This document shows, piece by piece, positions 40,592-50,771 of a stretch of DNA of 64,000 nucleotides; position 1 is the stretch's first letter, and every line of letters starts with the position of its first letter. The position numbers were made by a program, and so were the translations under genes. Source of the stretch: Methanothermococcus okinawensis (GTDB taxonomy: Archaea; AGJL01; Methanococci; Methanococcales; Methanococcaceae); assembly GCA_015662355.1 (NCBI GenBank), contig DQUI01000025.1, positions 90 to 64,089 on the forward strand. Reading direction: 5' to 3'. The notes beneath the pieces were generated by a model that was not told the DNA's origin, did no database searches, and saw only the letters and a list, made by a program, of their open reading frames with translations.

Positions 40592-41843
40592 CTCTATAGA
40601 AAAGATAGAGATACCCTCTGCAGATAGGAGGTTTGGTATAACTAGAGTATTGAAGAGATACGATGGAACCCCTGTATATATAAAGGATGTGGATGGTTAT
40701 CAGGTTATAGGTAACCTCTGTAACAGGGATATAATAGCCAAGAGTCTAGGGGTCCCTGTAAAGGATCTTATGAAACATATACTGAGATCTATGGAGAGGG
40801 AGAAGGAGGGGGAACTGATTATAAACAACACCTTAAAGAGGGAGTATATAGAGGATCCTCCCAGTGAGATAAACAACTATCCAATACCTATATACTATCC
40901 AAGGGATGGAGGACCCTATATTACATCAGGTGTTGTAATTGTAAAGGATAGGGATTACGGGGTCAACGCCTCTATACACAGGATACTTGTAAAGGGAGAT
41001 CGTCTAGTAATCAGGATGGTGGAACAGAGGCATCTCCACTACATATACAGTAAGAATATTGAGGAGGACGGGGAAATAGACGTTGCTATAGTGATAGGGG
41101 TTCATCCTGCCATACTCCTAGCTGCCTCCACCTCTGGAGATATTACCTTCAACGAGTTAAAGTACGCCTCTGTCCTTATGGGAAAACCTCTAGAACTTAT
41201 AAAATGTGATACTGTAGATCTGGAGGTGCCCCCTGGAGAGTTTATCATCGAGGGTAAGATCACTAGAGAGATGGAGGATGAAGGTCCCTTTGTAGATATC
41301 ACTGGAACCTACGACAAAGTTAGAAAACAGCCAGTTATAAGGATAACATCCTTAAAGAGAAGGAAGGATCCTATATTCCACGCCTTATTGCCTGGAGGGG
41401 TGGAACACAAGGTACTTATGGGGTTACCCCAGGAGCCTAGGATATACAGAGGTGTAAGGAACGTAGTACCTAGTGTAAAGGATGTAGTACTGACAGAGGG
41501 GGGATGTTGCTGGCTACATGCTGTAATCTCTATTGAAAAGAGAACAGAGGGAGATGGGAAGAATGCAATACTTGCAGCCCTGGCCTCCCATCCAAGTTTA
41601 AAACATGTTGTAGTTGTAGACCAGGATATAAACATAGGGGATCCTAAAGATGTAGAGTACGCCATAGCAACAAGGGTACAGGCAGATAGGGATGTTGTTA
41701 TAATAAAGGGAGCCAAGGGCTCCTCCCTAGATCCCTCAATAAACGAGGATAAAACAACTGCCAAGATGGGTATAGACGCCACAATAAGTTTAAAGAAAAA
41801 CAGGGAAGATTTTATCAGGGCAGAGTTACCTGAGGATAAATAA
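40560..41843 (+). CDS. UbiD-family decarboxylase, likely anhydromevalonate phosphate decarboxylase
   Basis: DGGPYIT, EGPFVDITG, VVVDQDINI, AKMGIDAT; function inferred from the archaeal modified mevalonate pathway. Confidence 0.8.
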   Translation: MGEMMIRDLINSIEKIEIPSADRRFGITRVLKRYDGTPVYIKDVDGYQVIGNLCNRDIIAKSLGVPVKDLMKHILRSMEREKEGELIINNTLKREYIEDPPSEINNYPIPIYYPRDGGPYITSGVVIVKDRDYGVNASIHRILVKGDRLVIRMVEQRHLHYIYSKNIEEDGEIDVAIVIGVHPAILLAASTSGDITFNELKYASVLMGKPLELIKCDTVDLEVPPGEFIIEGKITREMEDEGPFVDITGTYDKVRKQPVIRITSLKRRKDPIFHALLPGGVEHKVLMGLPQEPRIYRGVRNVVPSVKDVVLTEGGCCWLHAVISIEKRTEGDGKNAILAALASHPSLKHVVVVDQDINIGDPKDVEYAIATRVQADRDVVIIKGAKGSSLDPSINEDKTTAKMGIDATISLKKNREDFIRAELPEDK

Positions 41844-41846
41844 TTT

Positions 41847-42371
41847 TTACTCCTTGGAGGTGTTATTCTCCTTCATCTCTACAACGATTTTACACTTGGC
41901 AGGTATCTTCATGGCACATCTTCTTAGAGCCTCCTTGGCATCCTCTATCTTCTCTGGGTTAGTGTATATAGTAATGATCTTCTGTCCCTTCTTAACCCTT
42001 GCTGCAGTACCGATAGGCTTCCCAAATGCAAGTCTCATACCGTCGGAAATTCTATCTGCTCCAGCACCAGAGGCCATCTTGTTCTCCCTAAGTATCTGGT
42101 GGGGGTATACTCTAATTAACATCCTGTACCCCATTCTACCACACTTACTCTGGATGTACTTGTTTCCTATAACCCTTGCAGCCTCCAGTGCGTTGTGTCT
42201 TATCTGCACGTCGTTCTTAGATACTAGATGTACTGCTACTGGAAACTCTTCACTTAGATTACCCATTACAAAGTGGACTATCTTAGGTTGAGGTACTCCC
42301 CTTACATACTCCTTTCTTGTATATGCAGGTTTGTCCACATCTCTGTAGCACCTACCTGGCCTCAGTCCCAT
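41847..42371 (-). CDS. rpl10e: 50S ribosomal protein L10e (uL16)
   Basis: [31 protein letters not shown]. Confidence 0.96.
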   Translation of the reverse strand: MGLRPGRCYRDVDKPAYTRKEYVRGVPQPKIVHFVMGNLSEEFPVAVHLVSKNDVQIRHNALEAARVIGNKYIQSKCGRMGYRMLIRVYPHQILRENKMASGAGADRISDGMRLAFGKPIGTAARVKKGQKIITIYTNPEKIEDAKEALRRCAMKIPAKCKIVVEMKENNTSKE

Positions 42372-42443
42372 ATTATCACTCCTTATAACTTTTAGTGTTC
42401 TTATCCTTTTAAAAGATTTTATTATATAAAGCTTTTGAAGTAT

Positions 42444-44450
42444 CTACTTACTACACTCAAATACTAGAGGTATTATCTCGTCTAATCTCTTAGCTGGGAT
42501 GATCTCGATACCATCATCCTCTATTACGTCTATCATGTTAGACTCTGGGATTATAACCCTCTTAAATCCGTACTCCTTTGCAGCTCTTATCTTCTCGTTT
42601 ATACCCCCTACAGCAAGGATATTACCATGGAGATCTAAACTTCCAGTTATTGCAAAGTCCTGTTTTAGAGGTATCTCAAGGAGGGCAGATATAATACTTA
42701 GACATACTGCAGCAGTTGCACTGTCCCCGTCTATCTTGGAGTAGGACTGACTAAATTGGATGTATATCTCCTTTCTATTTAGGTCTATGTCCTTCTTACC
42801 TTTCAGCGGTAACTTACCCTCAGATATGTACTTCTTAGAGAGGGCAGATGCTAAGGTAATACTGTGTTTTGCAATATCCCCACTTATATTTAAGAGGTGG
42901 GTGCCAGGGTTCTTAGAGTCCACTATTTGGGTGATGATCTTTGTTACATCTCCAATACCCTCTGAACCTATAACTGCCAGTCCATATACAACCCCTATCT
43001 TCGGTGTATCATTTGGTACTATATGTTTGTATCTCTTGAACTCCCTGAGGTAGTCTATGGCAACCTGTTTTGACATACTGTATATACCACTCTCCATAAC
43101 TTTACGGACATGTTCCACATCTATGTATATCTTTTTCCTTTTGACCTCCTTCCCCTTGGACTCCTCTTTATCCCCCTTCTCTCTTTTAAATACTCCAATA
43201 ACACTCTTTAACTTTTTCTCCTCCTTCTTGGAGGCGTCCTTGGCACCAGAGAGTTCCTCCACTATCTCCTGAATACTCTTACCCATGGCGATATCGTTAG
43301 ACATCTTTATAATGTTAGAGAGCTTTCTAAGTCTTAAGGTTAACTTATCCTTGGAACCTGCAAACAACTGAGCTATTCTTACTATCTCACAACATGCCTC
43401 GTAAGTCATGTGATTTAAGTTGTTGTTCCTTATCTCCTGTACTATAAACTGTAGGAGTTTATCCCTGTTCTCCTGGGTGTTGTCCATCTTGTTTTTCAGT
43501 ACGATCTTGTAGTCTATCCTGTCTAGGAGAGGTGCCCTTAAGTTGTTAATGTCGTCCATGTTTCCAGACATGATAAGTATGAAGTCACAGGGTATAGGAT
43601 TTGTCTCCACAGTGGCACCACTGGAGTTTGGATTCCTACCACTTATAGGAAGGCATTTGTCCTGAAGTGCTGTTAATATGTAGTCCTGGACCTCTGGAGG
43701 CATGGTCTTTATCTCATCTACGTAGAGGATACCTTTATGGGCCTCGTGGATAGCCCCTAGGATTATCCTCTTGTGGGGAGGTGTTCCAAGGGGAGGTTTA
43801 CCTCCCAGTGGACAGTGTCTAACATCTCCAAGTAACTTTGTTACGTTGTAGGCACTGGCCTTTACCAGTGGTCTCTTCTTACACTCGTAGAGTACCACAG
43901 GTTTTAAATCTAATGGGTTGACAGTGTTGGACATAGTTCCCCTTGTAGCCCCGAACATAGCCAGAAATACTAATACAAATGCCAGGGCAAAGGATACAAT
44001 GGCAGTGGTAGCTATTACTGCCATTAGGTGGGCCTGGGAGAGACCCCTTATAAAGTAGGAGGTAATCAGTGTAAAGAACACCATGATCAGAACCAGTGTT
44101 AGTAGACCTGGAGGTTGTTTAATCACCTTAGGTTTTATATCCTCTACATCCTCCTTGTAGCTACCCTCTACTAACTCCACTATAGGTTTCTCTGGATATC
44201 TTAAATTAGGTTTTGATATTACAGTATAAGGTGTAAAGTCACTAGAGGATGATTTTTCAATAAGCTCCCCTACAGCCTTCACTATCATAGACTTACCTAC
44301 TCCAGGGTCTCCCAGGAGGATAACGTGTCTCTTGTTACTAACTGCACTTAGTACAATATTTAAAGCCTCATCCTGTCCAATTATCTGATCTATCAATCTA
44401 GGAGAAGGTTCAGGCAACTCCTCGGTAGTTTTAAATTTAACGGAGAACAT
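42444..44450 (-). CDS. lon: Membrane-anchored archaeal Lon protease (LonB type)
   Basis: GDPGVGKS, two TM segments within the AAA domain, YVDEI, DGDSA catalytic Ser and GGINEK Lys; no intein. Confidence 0.9.
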   Translation of the reverse strand: MFSVKFKTTEELPEPSPRLIDQIIGQDEALNIVLSAVSNKRHVILLGDPGVGKSMIVKAVGELIEKSSSSDFTPYTVISKPNLRYPEKPIVELVEGSYKEDVEDIKPKVIKQPPGLLTLVLIMVFFTLITSYFIRGLSQAHLMAVIATTAIVSFALAFVLVFLAMFGATRGTMSNTVNPLDLKPVVLYECKKRPLVKASAYNVTKLLGDVRHCPLGGKPPLGTPPHKRIILGAIHEAHKGILYVDEIKTMPPEVQDYILTALQDKCLPISGRNPNSSGATVETNPIPCDFILIMSGNMDDINNLRAPLLDRIDYKIVLKNKMDNTQENRDKLLQFIVQEIRNNNLNHMTYEACCEIVRIAQLFAGSKDKLTLRLRKLSNIIKMSNDIAMGKSIQEIVEELSGAKDASKKEEKKLKSVIGVFKREKGDKEESKGKEVKRKKIYIDVEHVRKVMESGIYSMSKQVAIDYLREFKRYKHIVPNDTPKIGVVYGLAVIGSEGIGDVTKIITQIVDSKNPGTHLLNISGDIAKHSITLASALSKKYISEGKLPLKGKKDIDLNRKEIYIQFSQSYSKIDGDSATAAVCLSIISALLEIPLKQDFAITGSLDLHGNILAVGGINEKIRAAKEYGFKRVIIPESNMIDVIEDDGIEIIPAKRLDEIIPLVFECSK

Positions 44451-44483
44451 GAGATCACCTTAAAATAGATTGAAGTTAATAGA

Positions 44484-45032
44484 TTATCTCTCTAAAATAG
44501 AATGGATTATATTAATTAAAATCTCTGTAAATTCTAAACTCCTCCTGTAAATTTCCTCTGATAAGCCTTCTACCCCAAAATCCAAATTCTCAGGCTCCAT
44601 ACCAACTATAAATATTTCACTGTCAATATAGCTCATTAAATATTTAACTATTACGTTAAGGGGTAAGGTATGGGTTGAAAAACCTACGTTATATATCTCC
44701 CCTATATCTATTAGCTTTACAGTTCCAGGTTTCTCCCCCATCACAGCACTGTCTATTATAACGATCTTATCTGGCCTTTCCCTCTTGAGGATATCTGTAA
44801 AGTTTTCAGGGACAGTTCCACAGTTTATGAGAACTACTTTATGGGAGATTTTATTTACTTCCCTATCTATATTTAAATCTTCCTCAGGGTATCTCTCCAT
44901 ATAGTGTCTTACTATACTTCTCACTATAAATACCCCTAAACCGTCATCCCCCCTTAAAGTATTTCCTACACCTAGAACTGCCAACTTTTTACAGTTCTTT
45001 AAATGCTCCTCTAATAGGTTCAGATGATTCAA
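44484..45032 (-). CDS. hycI: Hydrogenase maturation protease (HycI family)
   Basis: LGVGNTLRGDDG, GTVPEN, IIDS, STH. Confidence 0.85.
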   Translation of the reverse strand: MNHLNLLEEHLKNCKKLAVLGVGNTLRGDDGLGVFIVRSIVRHYMERYPEEDLNIDREVNKISHKVVLINCGTVPENFTDILKRERPDKIVIIDSAVMGEKPGTVKLIDIGEIYNVGFSTHTLPLNVIVKYLMSYIDSEIFIVGMEPENLDFGVEGLSEEIYRRSLEFTEILINIIHSILER

Positions 45033-45067
45033 GGTTTCACCGAGGTTGAAAATTATTGTAACATCTT

Positions 45068-45105
45068 TATATAATTTATCATTATAATTAATGACAAATT
45101 ATATA
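45068..45105. promoter_or_regulatory. Palindromic operator candidate in the hycI/ehb divergent promoter
   Basis: TATATAATTTATCATT-ataatt-AATGACAAATTATATA: 16-bp arms with 1 mismatch. Confidence 0.55.
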
Positions 45106-45152
45106 TATTAGTGAGAATACATTCCCATTAACTTCCCCTTAGGTGAAGAGGT

Positions 45153-45512
45153 ATGGATCTACAACTTGCATCCTTTATAACTGCAGGGGCCTTGGTAGTA
45201 CTAGGATTGTACGGTTTTTTCTTTGTAGACAACGTGATCAAAAAGATTATCGCCCTCTCTATTATCGGTAACGGTGTTAACCTTACCCTGGTGGCAATGG
45301 GATATAAGGAGGGGGGATACGCCCCTATATATATCCCCAGTGTAGAGTTTCAGGTGTTCGCCAGGGAGATGGCCTATCCCCTTCCCCAGGCACTTGTTCT
45401 AACTAACATTGTTATTGGGGCCTCTATGTTGGCAGTGATGTTGGCACTCTCCATAGTGTTCTACAGGAAGTATAAAACACTGAAGACCTCAGTTATTCTA
45501 AAGGAGGACTAG
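45153..45512 (+). CDS. ehbE: Ehb subunit E (MnhC-like)
   Basis: PLPQALVLTNIVIG MnhC/NuoK motif; first gene of the operon. Confidence 0.85.
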   Translation: MDLQLASFITAGALVVLGLYGFFFVDNVIKKIIALSIIGNGVNLTLVAMGYKEGGYAPIYIPSVEFQVFAREMAYPLPQALVLTNIVIGASMLAVMLALSIVFYRKYKTLKTSVILKED

Positions 45513-46997
45513 GTGGAAGTTATGAATCTCCTCCCCTTGATAGTAGTTGTCCCCCTTATTACAGCTGTAGTCTTTAGTTACATCTATAGGAGCAAATACG
45601 TTAAACCTCTTACACTTTTCATAGGGTTTATACTCCTTGTCCTTCCCCTCCTTGGAACATACGGCCCCTACTTCTTCGGGGGACATGGGATAGTGTATAT
45701 AGGTACTATACCCCTTGTCTCTGGGATCGTCTACACCTTAAACCCTCTAAAGGAGACGATGATTTTTACACTGATGTTAATAGGTTCCATAGTACTTGTT
45801 CTATCTACTAGGGAGAGGGAGTTAAGTGGGGTATTTACATCCCTGGTGTTGATGGGACTTGCAAGTGTCTCCGCAGTAATACTCACTGAGGACCTCTTCA
45901 ACCTCTACGTGTTCTACGAGATCGCTGCAATTACACAGGCAGGTTTAGTAATTCTGTCTGGTACAGAGGAGGCCTATAGATCTGCCTTTAGATATCTCCT
46001 CGTTGGAACTATGGCTGGATCTATTCTACTTTTAGGGGTAGGCCTCCTCCTCTCTGCAACTGGTTCTTTAAATATTGGAGATATGGGGAGATGTCTTACA
46101 GTTAATCCCTTAACTCCTACGGTGTACGGAGGTTTGCTAATGTTGATAGTAGGTTTAGCCTATGGGGGAGGTCTTCCTCCTTTCCACACCTTAAAGGCAG
46201 ATCTATACGCCAGGGCTAAACCCTTTGTAGCTGCTATACTTCAAGCTTACTCCAAGTTTATACTTATTGCCCTTATGTTAGTAGTACTGAAGTTGTTTGG
46301 AAATCTCCCTATCTTCCATACTACCAGGGGGGTGTTGATAGCTCTCTCTGTATTCGCCATGGTATTTGGGACAGTTATGGCACTACTTCAGGAGGACTAT
46401 AGAAAACTTCTAGCCTATCACACTGTAAGCCAGGGAGGTTATGTTGCCCTGGGATTAGCTCTTGGAACACCTCTAGCTATTTTGGCAGGGATATTCCACG
46501 GGATAAATCACACCCTTTATAAGAGTGCCCTCTTTATCGGAGCCCATATCTTAGACAAGATAAAGTCTACAGACATGAGAAAGGTTGGAGGACTTCTATT
46601 AGTCACCCCTACTTTAGCATTTCTCATCCTATGTGCAAAACTGGCAAGTATTGGGATTCCTCCCTTTAACGGCTTTCAGAGTAAGTTACTACTTGCAGAG
46701 GCTGTGATGAATGCAAATATGCCAGAACTTGCAGTTTTAATGCTGATCCTCAGCATAGGTACATTCCTCTATATGATGAAGGCCTTCTATCTCATATTCT
46801 TAAGGCCCTGTAGTGAGGAGCAACTTAGGGAGTTTAAGGATGTTAAAATCTCAAAGTACTATATCCTCTCCCTTGGGTTACTCCTTGTGCTCTGTTTATT
46901 CCTGGGGATTTATCCAGATATAGTAATTGACAGGTTGTATCCAGTTGTTGAGGATATAGGTGTTAAGTGGGTTTTAGAGAGTATAAAAAATAGTTAA
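45513..46997 (+). CDS. ehbF: Ehb subunit F (MnhD/NuoL-like antiporter subunit)
   Basis: DLFNLYVFYE, PPFH, KLLAYHTVSQGGY, GIPPFNGFQSK. Confidence 0.88.
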   Translation: MEVMNLLPLIVVVPLITAVVFSYIYRSKYVKPLTLFIGFILLVLPLLGTYGPYFFGGHGIVYIGTIPLVSGIVYTLNPLKETMIFTLMLIGSIVLVLSTRERELSGVFTSLVLMGLASVSAVILTEDLFNLYVFYEIAAITQAGLVILSGTEEAYRSAFRYLLVGTMAGSILLLGVGLLLSATGSLNIGDMGRCLTVNPLTPTVYGGLLMLIVGLAYGGGLPPFHTLKADLYARAKPFVAAILQAYSKFILIALMLVVLKLFGNLPIFHTTRGVLIALSVFAMVFGTVMALLQEDYRKLLAYHTVSQGGYVALGLALGTPLAILAGIFHGINHTLYKSALFIGAHILDKIKSTDMRKVGGLLLVTPTLAFLILCAKLASIGIPPFNGFQSKLLLAEAVMNANMPELAVLMLILSIGTFLYMMKAFYLIFLRPCSEEQLREFKDVKISKYYILSLGLLLVLCLFLGIYPDIVIDRLYPVVEDIGVKWVLESIKNS

Positions 46998-47008
46998 AGG
47001 GAATAACT

Positions 47009-47323
47009 ATGGACTACGACAAGTTTAAAAGGGAGATGGAAAAGGAGGGAAGGGGGGACAGTGTATCTGTTGGTGCAGGCTTAACTGGAGAGTTTATACT
47101 TTACAGTTTCCTAGTTATAGGTCTATTCCTCCTATCCAGGGTGTTTGGAAAGGTGCTCCTTGCCACAGTGGGAATACTTGCCATAGGGGCTGGATTACAC
47201 ATGATACCTATGGTTTTTAGATTTAAGAGGGAGAATTCAAATCACATAGTCCTTCAACTCTTCTGGATTTCCATATTCTTAGGGGCTATATCGATGATTA
47301 TATTCATTGCAGGTTCCTGGTGA
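47009..47323 (+). CDS. ehbG: Ehb membrane subunit G
   Basis: Small protein with three TM segments at the ehbG position; assigned mainly by operon order. Confidence 0.6.
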   Translation: MDYDKFKREMEKEGRGDSVSVGAGLTGEFILYSFLVIGLFLLSRVFGKVLLATVGILAIGAGLHMIPMVFRFKRENSNHIVLQLFWISIFLGAISMIIFIAGSW

Positions 47324-47327
47324 TGCC

Positions 47328-48095
47328 ATGAAGCTCTCTGTAAGTAGGGAGGTTGCAGTTTCCCTCTCCTTCCTGTTGTTCGGTGCAGGGGTATTTTACT
47401 CTATCTATAGTATAGAGGTAGTTGAAGGTGTAAATGCTATATACACCCATATTAAGATAGTGCCTAACTTTGTAAGTGCTGTACTCTTCGACTGGAGGGG
47501 ATTTGATACCCTTGGAGAGTGTCTAATACTGATAAATTCTGTATTAGTTACTGGGATAGTTTTTGGAAAGGGATTATTTAACTGGGACTTTCTCAAGGAG
47601 GTGTATGGGGAGGAGAAGTGCAAAGACAGTGATCTAGGGTTTACACCTATAGTAAAGGTCTTGGCAGTACCTATGGGAGTTTTGCTCATGGCCCTGGGTA
47701 TCCTAGTAATACTTGGAGGACATATTACCCCTGGAGGAGGATTTCAAGGAGGTGCCTTAATATCTGCAGCGTATGTTTTAGCTATGGTAGCCTTTGGAGT
47801 AAGGAGATGTCCAATAAGATTCACCTATAAGTTCTTAGAATCTTTAGAGAGTTTTGGAGCCCTTCTATTTCTTATCCTAGGATTGCTAGGTATGGTCCTC
47901 TCAGGGTACTACCTCTACAACATCAGGGAGATATGGGGTATACCTCCCTTCCCCTCCCCCCCTGGAGTAGGGGATGTAGGTATTATCCCCTACTTAAACA
48001 TAGGGGTAGGTTTGAAGGTACTTGCTGGGTTATCCACAATAACTGTCCTACTTCTCTCCCAGAGGATAATCTCTAAAAACATTGGAAAGGGATAG
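47328..48095 (+). CDS. ehbI: Ehb MnhB-like subunit (EhbH/EhbI region fused)
   Basis: NFVSAVLFDWRGFDTLGE and GHITPGGGFQGG MnhB motifs; ATG at 47328. Confidence 0.78.
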   Translation: MKLSVSREVAVSLSFLLFGAGVFYSIYSIEVVEGVNAIYTHIKIVPNFVSAVLFDWRGFDTLGECLILINSVLVTGIVFGKGLFNWDFLKEVYGEEKCKDSDLGFTPIVKVLAVPMGVLLMALGILVILGGHITPGGGFQGGALISAAYVLAMVAFGVRRCPIRFTYKFLESLESFGALLFLILGLLGMVLSGYYLYNIREIWGIPPFPSPPGVGDVGIIPYLNIGVGLKVLAGLSTITVLLLSQRIISKNIGKG

Positions 48096-48096
48096 T

Positions 48097-48318
48097 GTGA
48101 TAGAGTATCTCTTTCTACCTTTCACAGGGATGATACTAGGGTTTATCTTAGGTAGAAGGATAACTGCCAAGTTGAATATATGGTTCTATCTACTAGTAGG
48201 GGTAGTAGTTGGATACCTTCTAGGACCACTACCTTACTACAACTTTCCCCTCTCCTACTCCTTCCTCTTCTCCCTCCTGGGTCTTCTACTTGGAAATCTC
48301 ACTGTGAGAGAGAAGTGA
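48097..48318 (+). CDS. ehbJ: Ehb small membrane subunit J
   Basis: Hydrophobic protein of about 73 aa, GPLPYYNFP; position in operon. Confidence 0.6.
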   Translation: MIEYLFLPFTGMILGFILGRRITAKLNIWFYLLVGVVVGYLLGPLPYYNFPLSYSFLFSLLGLLLGNLTVREK

Positions 48319-48323
48319 TAGTT

Positions 48324-49769
48324 ATGATAATTACAGATGTATTTAAGTGTATACTAGATGAGAGGTGTACAGGGGGATCTGATAAAGATACACCTCTCTG
48401 TGCTCAAGTATGTCCCACTGGAGCTGTTGTTATAATAGGAAACAAGTCCTACTCCTGTATAACCTGTGGCACCTGTGCAAGGGAGTGTCCAAATAAGGCT
48501 ATTAGGAGGAATAAATTTGGAGGTTATTACGTAGATAGGAGAAGGTGCAACGGATGTGGCACCTGCGAGATCCTCTGCCCTATAGGTATAATAAAGATAG
48601 TGAGAGAGGAGAAGGTAGTAAACAACAGGAGAAAAATAGTAGCCTATCCTAGAGGTATCTGTGTAATGTGTGGCCTATGTGTAGAGGTATGCCCCCATGG
48701 CGCCAGGAGATTTTTCCACAGTAAAGATCTTAAGGATAGAAAGAATAGGGCGCTTCTAGATAGATATATACAGATACTGGAGAGGATTGGAAAGAGGGAG
48801 AAGTTAATAAAAGGGGAGTTAAAACCTAAGAGGGTTTTAAACTTTCGGACATCCCTATACATCCACAGGGATCTCTGTAGAGGATGTGGTAGATGTATCT
48901 ATCTCTGTCCCAGGGAGAGTATCTTAGAGGGAGATGATGTTGAGGGCTGTAGCAGATGTAACATCTGTGGAGAGGTATGTCCAAGGGATGCTATAGTTGA
49001 AGGTATAGTAGATGAAGAGAGATGTGTACTATGTGAAAACTGTATAAAGAGATGTCCAAGGGAGGCCTTGAAGATAGAGAACTTCAAGGTAGTTAAAGTT
49101 AAGGAGGACAGAGAGACTATCCCAAAGAGGTACTGTATAAATTGTGGACTATGTGCAGACAGCTGTCCAAGGGGAGCCCTAAAGGTGAAAAATGGTAGTA
49201 TCCTATACGACAGGAGTATATGTAATCTATGTGGCACCTGTGTAGAGGTGTGTCCCCAGGATGTTAGGATAAAGAGGGATGGAAGGATCACTGGTGCCTG
49301 TGCCCTCTGTGGTATATGTATAGAGGAATGTCCTGAAAATGCTATAACTGTTAAGAAGATTGAGAAGTTCCAGGTTATCAGGGATGAGAGGTGTATAACC
49401 TGTGGCACCTGTGGAGAGGTATGTCCAGTGGACGCTATAACTGTAAAGGTTAAACTTGGGAGTGGAGATATAGGGGAGATACTCTTTAACGAGCACTGTG
49501 TAATGTGTGAGAAGTGTGCTATTCACTGTCCAAGGGATGTTATCCCCAACACTACCGGTTATAAAAAAGTTGTTGACAGGGAGAACTCCTATATCTGGAC
49601 AGATTTTGACCTCTGTATCAGATGTGGTCTATGTAACAGGATATGTCCAGTGGACGCCATAGATATGGGAGAGATAGATGAAGAGAGATGTGAGTACTGC
49701 TCTGCCTGTGTAAATATATGCCCAACAAATGCTATAAGCATCTACAGAACCTGGGTGGAGAAAGATTAG
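48324..49769 (+). CDS. ehbK: Ehb polyferredoxin
   Basis: 13 canonical CxxCxxCxxxCP motifs plus one atypical N-terminal motif; ATG at 48324. Confidence 0.88.
   Translation: MIITDVFKCILDERCTGGSDKDTPLCAQVCPTGAVVIIGNKSYSCITCGTCARECPNKAIRRNKFGGYYVDRRRCNGCGTCEILCPIGIIKIVREEKVVNNRRKIVAYPRGICVMCGLCVEVCPHGARRFFHSKDLKDRKNRALLDRYIQILERIGKREKLIKGELKPKRVLNFRTSLYIHRDLCRGCGRCIYLCPRESILEGDDVEGCSRCNICGEVCPRDAIVEGIVDEERCVLCENCIKRCPREALKIENFKVVKVKEDRETIPKRYCINCGLCADSCPRGALKVKNGSILYDRSICNLCGTCVEVCPQDVRIKRDGRITGACALCGICIEECPENAITVKKIEKFQVIRDERCITCGTCGEVCPVDAITVKVKLGSGDIGEILFNEHCVMCEKCAIHCPRDVIPNTTGYKKVVDRENSYIWTDFDLCIRCGLCNRICPVDAIDMGEIDEERCEYCSACVNICPTNAISIYRTWVEKD
48456..49413 (+). repeat. Exact 22-nt direct repeat inside ehbK (48456-48477 and 49392-49413)
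   Basis: TGTATAACCTGTGGCACCTGTG encodes CITCGTC at both positions. Confidence 0.8.
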
Positions 49770-49778
49770 GGGATAACT

Positions 49779-50288
49779 ATGGATCAATCCCTTAAGAACC
49801 TTGCCAAACTCCTGATCCTAGGGGCCTATAAAAATATAGAGAGGATACTCCTAGGTACAGATACCTACACCTCAAAGGAGATGAAGGAGGAGATACTCTC
49901 AGGGGTAAAACCTCCAAGAACTGTCTTAGAAGACCTGTGTATTGGATGTGGAGGATGTGCCAACGCCTGTCCAACAGGATGTATAGAGATGAAGGAGATA
50001 GAACCTGTTAAGTTAGCTGAGAACTATGTGAAGAAGAGCATACCTGTAATGGACTCTACAAAGTGTATATACTGTCTATACTGTCATGACTTCTGTCCAG
50101 TGTTCTCCATATTTAACGAGATATCCCCTATACATCCAAGGGATGTGGGAGAGATAGATGTAGAGATGGATCTGTCCAAGATCTTCGAGAAACCTGTGGA
50201 TATCCCTGAGAGTCAGTTGAAGAAGATCGCCAGTATCCTCTCTATAAATCTTAGAAAGTTGATGAAAGTAGAGGGGGAAGGGAAATGA
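49779..50288 (+). CDS. ehbL: Ehb ferredoxin-like subunit L (NuoI-like)
   Basis: [12 protein letters not shown] and [12 protein letters not shown]. Confidence 0.85.
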   Translation: MDQSLKNLAKLLILGAYKNIERILLGTDTYTSKEMKEEILSGVKPPRTVLEDLCIGCGGCANACPTGCIEMKEIEPVKLAENYVKKSIPVMDSTKCIYCLYCHDFCPVFSIFNEISPIHPRDVGEIDVEMDLSKIFEKPVDIPESQLKKIASILSINLRKLMKVEGEGK

Positions 50289-50731
50289 TAAAGGAGTATT
50301 CAAGGAAAAAGTGTATCCATGTTATGCTAGCCTATACAGGGGGATGTAACGGTTGTGATATTGATACAGTAAATTGTTTCCTCTCCCCCTACTATGACGC
50401 CGAGCAGTACAACGTCTTTTTAACCTGGAATCCTAGAGAGGCAGACATACTAATAGTAAGTGGATGTGTTACCAAGGTGATGAAGGAGCCCTTAAAAAAG
50501 ATATACGAGAGTATTCCAGAACCTAAGGCAGTAGTTTCCATAGGCTGCTGTGCGTTGATGGGAGGGGTTTATGGAAACATAGGAGGTTATCTAGGTACCT
50601 CAGATTTTATAGAGGGTCCTGTAGATAGGATCATCCCTGTAGACGTTAAAGTACCTGGATGCCCACCGAGGCCAGAGGATATTATAGAAGGTATATTAAA
50701 GGCTGTCCCAAAGATAGTGGAAGGAAAATAA
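50285..50731 (+). CDS. ehbM: Ehb hydrogenase small subunit
   Basis: [30 protein letters not shown]. Confidence 0.9.
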   Translation: MIKEYSRKKCIHVMLAYTGGCNGCDIDTVNCFLSPYYDAEQYNVFLTWNPREADILIVSGCVTKVMKEPLKKIYESIPEPKAVVSIGCCALMGGVYGNIGGYLGTSDFIEGPVDRIIPVDVKVPGCPPRPEDIIEGILKAVPKIVEGK

Positions 50732-50771
50732 CTTAAAATTTCGGGGGAGGATTTTAACAAGTAAGGAAGGT

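Noticed and set aside
42444-44450. Possible intein or insertion in Lon
   Set aside because: There are no splicing motifs and the length is normal; the extra segments are the TM anchor and a Lys/Glu-rich loop.
48180-48323. Ser/Pro/Leu-rich N-terminal extension of ehbK overlapping ehbJ
   Set aside because: It is an alternative frame of ehbJ; ATG 48324 follows the ehbJ stop.
48456-49660. Repeated TGTGGCACCTG and TGTCCAGTGGACGC units that could suggest an array
   Set aside because: They encode recurring CGTC/CPVDA ferredoxin motifs in frame with irregular spacing, so this is not CRISPR or a mobile element.
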